This document shows, one piece after another, positions 26,820 to 32,000 of a stretch of DNA of 32,000 bases (position 1 is the stretch's first letter; each line of letters opens with the position of its first letter). Source of the DNA: Nostoc punctiforme PCC 73102 (GTDB taxonomy: Bacteria; Cyanobacteriota; Cyanobacteriia; Cyanobacteriales; Nostocaceae); contig NC_010628.1 of the NCBI RefSeq assembly GCF_000020025.1, positions 1,740,001 to 1,772,000 of the forward strand, read 5' to 3'. The translations under genes were made by a program, and so were the position numbers. Under the pieces are notes generated by a model. The model was not told the origin of the DNA, made no database searches, and saw only the letters and a list, made by a program, of their open reading frames with translations.

Positions 26820-29102
26820 TTATGAAGTAGCTTTTGGTTGAAATTTACGCAATCTGAGAGCATTGCTAACAACAGAGAGCGAAGAAAGAGCCATCGCAGC
26901 TCCGGCGATAATTGGATTGAGTAACCAACCAAATATAGGGAACAAAATTCCAGCCGCAATGGGAATACCAATGACGTTGTAAATAAAGGCAAAGAAGAGA
27001 TTTTGCTTGATATTGTTGATGGTGGCATGGCTGAGTTGAATTGCTGTAACAATTCCTTGCAAATCTCCAGAAATTAGGGTGATATCGCTAGCTGCGATCG
27101 CAACATCTGTTCCCGTACCAATAGCAATTCCCACATCAGCCTGTGCTAGGGCTGGCGCATCATTTATCCCATCGCCTACCATCGCCACAATTTTAGATTT
27201 TGAATTGGGGGATTTTTTTATCTCCCCTTGTAGAGATTGGATAATCGCCGCCTTTTGATCTGGACGCACTTCGGCAAAGATTCGTTCAATGCCAACTTCT
27301 GCTGCGATCGCATCAGCCGTTTTACGATTGTCTCCAGTAAGCATTACTACTTCTAAACCTAACTTCTGTAATGCTTTCACCACTGCTGCTGATGAAGGTT
27401 TCAGGGCATCGGCAATACCCATTATTCCTTGTAGTTCGCCATCTACAGCAATCAAAATGACTGTTTTACCAGCAGTTTCCCAGGTATCTTTATACTGCTG
27501 AAGAGTCATGGTGTTAATTCCAAGTTCTGTTAACCAGCGTTGTGTACCAATTTGCACAAGCTGATTTGAAACAACTGCTTGGACACCACTACCTGCATTA
27601 GCCTGAAAATTCTTTACCTCTATTAAACTCACTTCTTGAGACTGGGCGTATTTTACCACCGCTTCAGCTAAAGGATGCTCAGAATTTCGTTCTACCGTTG
27701 CTGCTAACTGTAAAAGCTTGATTTCATTACCATTAGCTGTACCGTTGACAGTCACAAAGTCTGTAACCGTGGGTTTACCCTGAGTCAAAGTGCCAGTTTT
27801 ATCTAGAACGATGGTTTGAATTTTGTGTGCTAGTTCTAAGCTATCCGCACCCTTAATCAAGATGCCATTTTCTGCACCTTTGCCCGTCCCCACCATTACA
27901 GAAGTGGGAGTGGCTAAACCCAAAGCACAAGGACAAGCGATAATCAGTACACCCACCGTTGTCATTGTTGCTAGGGTGAGGTTGCCCGTGAAATTAAACC
28001 AAATGACGAAAGTGGCGATCGCAACGGCAATCACAGCTGGTACAAACCATCCTGTAACTCGATCTGCCAAGCGCTGAATTGGTGCTTTAGAACCTTGGGC
28101 TTGTTGCACTAATTTGACGATTTGAGCCAAAAACGTATCATTTCCGACTCGTGTCACCCGAAACTGAAATGCACCCGCACCGTTAATCGTCGCCCCAATC
28201 ACTTCATCTCCTGGCTGCTTTTTGACTGGCAAACTTTCACCAGTCACCATCGCTTCATCTACTGTCGAATCGCCTGCAATCACCTCGCCATCGACTGGAA
28301 TCTTTTCACCAGGACGTACCAAAATTACATCGTTGATTCTGACTTCGGCAATGGGAACATCAATTTCTCTACCATCACGAATAACTCTGGCATCTCTGGC
28401 TTGCAATCCGATCAGTTTGCGGATAGCTTCAGAAGTTTGTCCCCTAGCGCGATTTTCCAATAACCGCCCCAGCAAAATTAAGGTAATAACAATGGCTGCA
28501 ACTTCATAATAAACATGAGGTATCAAGCCCTGAACAATAAAAAAATTCGGGAAAACAGTTACAAACAAAGAATATATATACGCTGCACTAGTACCCAAAG
28601 CAATCAACGTGTCCATCGTCGCCGTATGGCGCTTGAGGGATTTCCAGCCATTGCGGTAAAAAGATCCACCACACCAGAAAATGACAGGTGTTGTCAGCGC
28701 TAACTGTACCCAAGGATTTTGCAAAAAGCTGGGAATTAAGGGGAAGTTTAGCCCAGTCATCATGGGCAACGACCCCAAAAAGAGGAAAATGCTGATTACA
28801 CCTCCCACAATTACCTTGAGGAAAAGTTCGCGTTGTAATGCTTGCCTACTCGCAATCTCTGTATCATCTTCTTCAGAGAGCAATTCTGACTGGAGTGAGT
28901 CAGAAGAGTATCCCGCAGCTGCGATCGCAGTTTGAATTTTCTCTAAACTTGCTAGAGAGCGATCGTACCGAATGGCCGCTTGTTCTGCTCCAAAGTTAAC
29001 GTTACAGTCAATCACCCCAGAAACAGAGCGAATTGCCTTTTCGATGTTGTTGGCGCAACCAGCGCAACTCATACCTCGAAGTTTGAGTGTGAGAGTATCC
29101 AT
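26820..29102 (-). CDS. copA: Copper-translocating P1B-type ATPase
   Basis: The N-terminal HMA domain is [16 protein letters not shown]. The TM metal site is CPC ([13 protein letters not shown]), with DKTGTLT, TGD and GDGINDAP also present. I prefer the ATG at 29102 ([10 protein letters not shown]...) over the TTG at 29117 used by the ORF track. Confidence 0.92.
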   Translation of the reverse strand: MDTLTLKLRGMSCAGCANNIEKAIRSVSGVIDCNVNFGAEQAAIRYDRSLASLEKIQTAIAAAGYSSDSLQSELLSEEDDTEIASRQALQRELFLKVIVGGVISIFLFLGSLPMMTGLNFPLIPSFLQNPWVQLALTTPVIFWCGGSFYRNGWKSLKRHTATMDTLIALGTSAAYIYSLFVTVFPNFFIVQGLIPHVYYEVAAIVITLILLGRLLENRARGQTSEAIRKLIGLQARDARVIRDGREIDVPIAEVRINDVILVRPGEKIPVDGEVIAGDSTVDEAMVTGESLPVKKQPGDEVIGATINGAGAFQFRVTRVGNDTFLAQIVKLVQQAQGSKAPIQRLADRVTGWFVPAVIAVAIATFVIWFNFTGNLTLATMTTVGVLIIACPCALGLATPTSVMVGTGKGAENGILIKGADSLELAHKIQTIVLDKTGTLTQGKPTVTDFVTVNGTANGNEIKLLQLAATVERNSEHPLAEAVVKYAQSQEVSLIEVKNFQANAGSGVQAVVSNQLVQIGTQRWLTELGINTMTLQQYKDTWETAGKTVILIAVDGELQGIMGIADALKPSSAAVVKALQKLGLEVVMLTGDNRKTADAIAAEVGIERIFAEVRPDQKAAIIQSLQGEIKKSPNSKSKIVAMVGDGINDAPALAQADVGIAIGTGTDVAIAASDITLISGDLQGIVTAIQLSHATINNIKQNLFFAFIYNVIGIPIAAGILFPIFGWLLNPIIAGAAMALSSLSVVSNALRLRKFQPKATS

Positions 29103-29148
29103 AACTAGATGAACCAAACCCCTGTGATTGATGTGGGAGGATCTGAAA

Positions 29149-29233
29149 GTAATTCGTAATTAAATTATTTGGGGATTTAGACCCCAACAGGTAAATACCG
29201 CCAACAATTACGAATTACGAATTACGAATTAGT
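29149..29233. repeat. Heptamer repeat (aattacg x3 plus aattagt) with an inverted copy, in the chaperone-ATPase spacer
   Basis: aattacg occurs at 29206, 29213 and 29220, then aattagt at 29227, which overlaps the chaperone stop codon. The inverted copy gtaattcgtaatt lies at 29149-29161. A small GGGG..CCCC hairpin lies at 29171-29185. Confidence 0.7.
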
Positions 29234-29426
29234 TAGCAACTGGATAGCCAGCAGCAGCCAACGCTTCCTTAATTTCTGTTTCTGATGCTTGAGTTTCTAC
29301 ACTGACAAGCTTGGTTGTTGGATCAGCCTGAACGCTTGCATTGGCATCGACTGCTTGAAGTGTTTTGGTGATGGTGCTTGCACAAACAGAACAAGACATA
29401 TTGGGAACTGTGAGTTGGAGAGTCAT
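29229..29426 (-). CDS. Copper chaperone (HMA domain, Atx1/CopZ-like)
   Basis: MTLQLTVPNMSCSVCASTITKTLQ... carries the MxCxxC motif. I prefer the ATG at 29426 (65 aa). The 88-aa track ORF starts at a TTG and adds a non-conserved-looking leader. Confidence 0.85.
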   Translation of the reverse strand: MTLQLTVPNMSCSVCASTITKTLQAVDANASVQADPTTKLVSVETQASETEIKEALAAAGYPVAN

Positions 29427-29532
29427 AGATTTACGGGATAAAAATAAACAACCTAGCCAAACCAAGTTGGATGACTGAGGGATAATCGTCAACAATCAGA
29501 AATTTCTGGTTGAGAGTCCCCTTGAATTCATA

Positions 29533-29562
29533 CTAGACTCTCTAGCCGGCTGGAGAGTCTAG
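29533..29562. promoter_or_regulatory. 30-bp near-perfect palindrome, candidate operator upstream of the copper operon
   Basis: ctagactctc t agccggct g gagagtctag has 10-bp perfect outer arms and a perfect 8-bp inner palindrome, with only one non-complementary pair. It lies 107 bp upstream of the chaperone ATG. An extra half-site gagagtc lies at 29512-29518. Confidence 0.4.
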
Positions 29563-29815
29563 AGAATTTTAAAAGTTTTTAGCTAAAGTTCAATTTTCTT
29601 TACAGATGTAGTATATAACTGGCTAAAAATACAAAATACTACAAAACACTTGTTTTCCAATGCAAGTTTGTGTTATCAAAGCTATATAACCTGTTGTTTT
29701 CCCCCAAATTCTGGGAAAATAACCATCCGCACCACTTGAGACGCGGCTGCTGAACCCAAGTCTCCTACTCTCTTCATAACCAAGAGTCTTTTTTAAGGCT
29801 CAATTTGGAGTTTTC

Positions 29816-30850
29816 ATGCAGCCAAAAAATTTAAAACGTCTCCTGCGTGCTTTAGAGCGGCAGGGTTTGGATGTAACTTACGATAATCGCACTTATTCTG
29901 TCCGTTTAGTTAATTCTCCTGATGCCCCTGTAGCAGAAGTGCTACTGCCAGAAGGCTTACCTGTAGAAGCTAGAGCACTGAAGCAGTTAGCGAATTTGGC
30001 AAGCGTCCGCCACCCATCTGGTGGATGCGTTTGCCGTGCCTGTGCTACCCCTGACTTTCACCCAGGTGATGCGGGTGTTGCCATTGGTTCAATTGTAGAA
30101 ACTGTGGGTCAGGTTATCCCTGGCACTGTCGGTTCTGATATCAATTGTGGAATGCGCCTGCACGTTGCTGATTTGACAATCGATGAATTCATGGCAAAGC
30201 GCGACCAATTCGTCGAAAAAATGAAGGGGGATTACTTCTTTGGTACGCGTGATGTGACAATGACTGCTGAGGCAATGCGATCGCTATTTCAATACGGAAT
30301 TCCTGGTTGGCTGGATGCCATGCTAGATCGGCCTACCGGGAGTGTAGTCAAATCTGATTTGCAGCAACTTACCCAAGAGAGCGAACGCATCTTCTTAGGT
30401 GGTTCAATGGATGGTAACTGGAAACTCGCGCCTGAAGAATTGGTTCCCGATGCTGGAATAGTACGCGATGGTGGACTGGCAACTATTGGCGGCGGCAATC
30501 ATTTTGTAGAAGTTCAGCGAGTTGATAAAGTCGAAAATCGCCCACTTGCCCACGCTTGGGGAGTGCGCGAGGGACAACTAGCTTTTATGATTCACTCTGG
30601 TTCTAGAAACGTGGGTAAGTATATCGGGGGAATGTGGCGAGATAAAGCTAAGGCGACTTGGCAAAAAGGTCTGAAGTACCCTGATTCTCAGATTTTTCCT
30701 CTCTCTACCCATTCTCACCCCGAATTAGTCGCCAGTTACCTGCAAGCTGAGGCAACTGCTGCTAACTATGCTTTTATTAATCGCCTGCTATTAGCAGAAC
30801 TGCTACGTCTGCGTTTGCGAGAAGTATATAATGCAATACGGTTCAGTTAA
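29816..30850 (+). pseudogene. rtcB: rtcB (RNA 3'-phosphate ligase family), C-terminally truncated and probably interrupted by the adjacent IS
   Basis: TPDFHPGDAGVAIGS, GSDINCGMRL, GGGNHFVE and IHSGSRNVG are the N-terminal RtcB metal-site motifs. The ORF ends about 85 aa after HSGSR in non-conserved-looking residues (..EVYNAIRFS*). IS4-type sequence follows directly. Confidence 0.7.
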
Positions 30851-32000
30851 GGCTCAAAGTGATGTAAATTAGGCATTGTTCCCAAGAATAGAAATTAAGT
30901 ATCGTGCATCTGAGGGATTTTTCGTTGGTGTCTCCTGAGATACAAAACGCTGATTTGCTCAAAGCAATCGAGATGGCTATTCCAGCAACAGCAATTGAAC
31001 AGGCGATAAGCCTGCGGCATGGCTTCGCTTACCGCTAATATCCAAACTCAAGAAGAACGCAAACGATCATTACCAGCACAATTGGTGGTAAGCCTTGTAA
31101 TTGCAATGAGTCTGTGGTCAAAAGACTCGATGCGGGATGTATTGAAGAATTTGATTGATGGACTCAGTGAGGCATGGCTTAAGGTTGGTAAATACTGGCG
31201 AGTAGCTTGTAAGTCAGCCATTACACAAGCCCGGCAGCGATTAGGTGCAAGGGTAATGTGCAAATTATTTCATCAGCTAGTAAAACCAATGGCGACACAG
31301 GAGACATTAGGAGCGTTTCTCCAAGAACTAAGAATTGTAGTCATTGATGGCAGCTGTTTTGATGTTCCAGACAGCGATGAAAATGCGAGAGTTTTTGGTC
31401 GTCCTGGTAGCCGTCCTGGGACAAAAGCCGCGTTCCCTAAAGTTAGACTAGTATATTAGTAGAAGCAGGAACACATATAATATTTGATGCACTGATGTGG
31501 CCGTATCGCATCGGAGAGCGAGTACGAGCATTAAGATTATTACGTTCGGTCACACCAGGAATGTTGTTGATGTGGGATAGAGGATTACATTCCTACGCAA
31601 TGGTACAAGCAACAGTAACCAAGGGATGCGATTATTTAGGCAGAATACCAGCCAATATCAAATTTATTGCCGAAAAACCCTTAGAAGACGGCTCTTATTT
31701 ATCATGGATTTACCCATCGGGAAAGCTACGAAAAAAAGCTAGTCAGCCAATACTTGTACGCATCATTGAGTATACAATTGAGCATCCTGACAATCCAACC
31801 GAACAACTGACATATCGCTTAATTACTAGTTTATTAAACATTGAGAAATTTCCTGCCGAGTTGTTGGCGAGGGAATACCATCAGCGATGGGAAGTAGAAA
31901 ATACCATTGATGAGTTGAAAATACATCTTCTAGGGCGAAAAACTCATGTCCGTTCCCAAAAACCACGAGAGGTTGTGCAAGAAGTATATGCTTGGTTATT
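30851..32000 (+). mobile_element. IS4-family insertion sequence, partial (runs off the window). The left boundary is unresolved, somewhere around 30826-30903
   Basis: It contains an IS4-type transposase reading frame (see the next feature). The right end and the second inverted repeat are outside the window, so the ends cannot be defined. Confidence 0.7.
30904..32000 (+). pseudogene. IS4-family DDE transposase with two apparent frame disruptions
   Basis: Frame 1 from GTG 30904 reads VHLRDFSLVSPEIQNADLLKAIEMAIPATAIEQAIS... Frame 2 (31019-31459) reads TQEERKRSLPAQLVVSLVIAMSLW...VVIDGSCFDVPD...KVRLVY**. Frame 1 from 31462 reads EAGTHIIFDALMWPY...LMWDRGLHS...YHQRWEVENTIDELK, open to nt 32000. 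One missing T at about 31455-31457 (tat tta gta gaa -> tattagtagaa) would restore ..KVRLVYLVEAGTH.. Confidence 0.65.

Noticed and set aside
26804-27052. 82-aa ORF overlapping the 3' end of the Cu-ATPase on the same strand, and the plus-strand ORFs at 27289-28935
   Set aside because: All lie within the ATPase coding frame, which has uninterrupted P-type motifs. These are alternative-frame artefacts.
29103-29117. N-terminal extensions from alternative TTG starts (ATPase MVHLV-, and chaperone MLTIIPQ...RKS- at 29427-29495)
   Set aside because: The HMA domains begin right at the internal ATGs ([25 protein letters not shown]). The extensions use TTG and add non-domain sequence.
29730-29800. Possible terminator or sRNA 3' end (..actctcttcataaccaagagtctttttt) upstream of rtcB
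   Set aside because: The stem is only about 5 bp with mismatches. The T-run alone is not enough evidence.

Overview
This window looks like a cyanobacterial chromosome, probably a filamentous Nostocales-type genome. I count 25 copies of the HIP1 octamer GCGATCGC by hand, and there are several tandem heptamer (STRR-like) repeats in intergenic spacers. I found no rRNA, tRNA or CRISPR array.

Gene content from left to right:
- A 5'-truncated giant secreted protein (>1,900 aa). An ExeM/NucH-type extracellular nuclease module sits inside Calx-beta, SdiA-regulated-like, cadherin-like and RTX repeats.
- An aldo/keto reductase plus TetR operon with visibly higher GC.
- An MlaF/MlaD-like (TGD3/TGD2-like) lipid-transport pair.
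- An AT-rich, HIP1-free block encoding a threonine aldolase, a staphylococcal-nuclease-fold protein with a substituted active site, a small (p)ppGpp-hydrolase-like HD protein, a cytoplasmic GAF histidine kinase and a cupin.
- A 127-aa orphan and a glycogen-debranching enzyme.
- A second HIP1-free block with a 1,508-aa CHAT-protease/STAND-NTPase/TPR protein. It is translationally coupled to a 108-aa single-TM protein, and an intact IS with perfect inverted repeats lies just upstream.
- An orphan HAMP histidine kinase.
- A copper chaperone / P1B-ATPase / small anchored protein operon with a 30-bp palindrome upstream.
- An rtcB gene that appears cut off by a degenerate IS4-family element running off the right edge.

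The best candidate for an undescribed system is the CHAT-STAND-TPR gene plus its small membrane protein (18491-23345). All domain calls come from reading motifs in the supplied translations, and no database search was possible.
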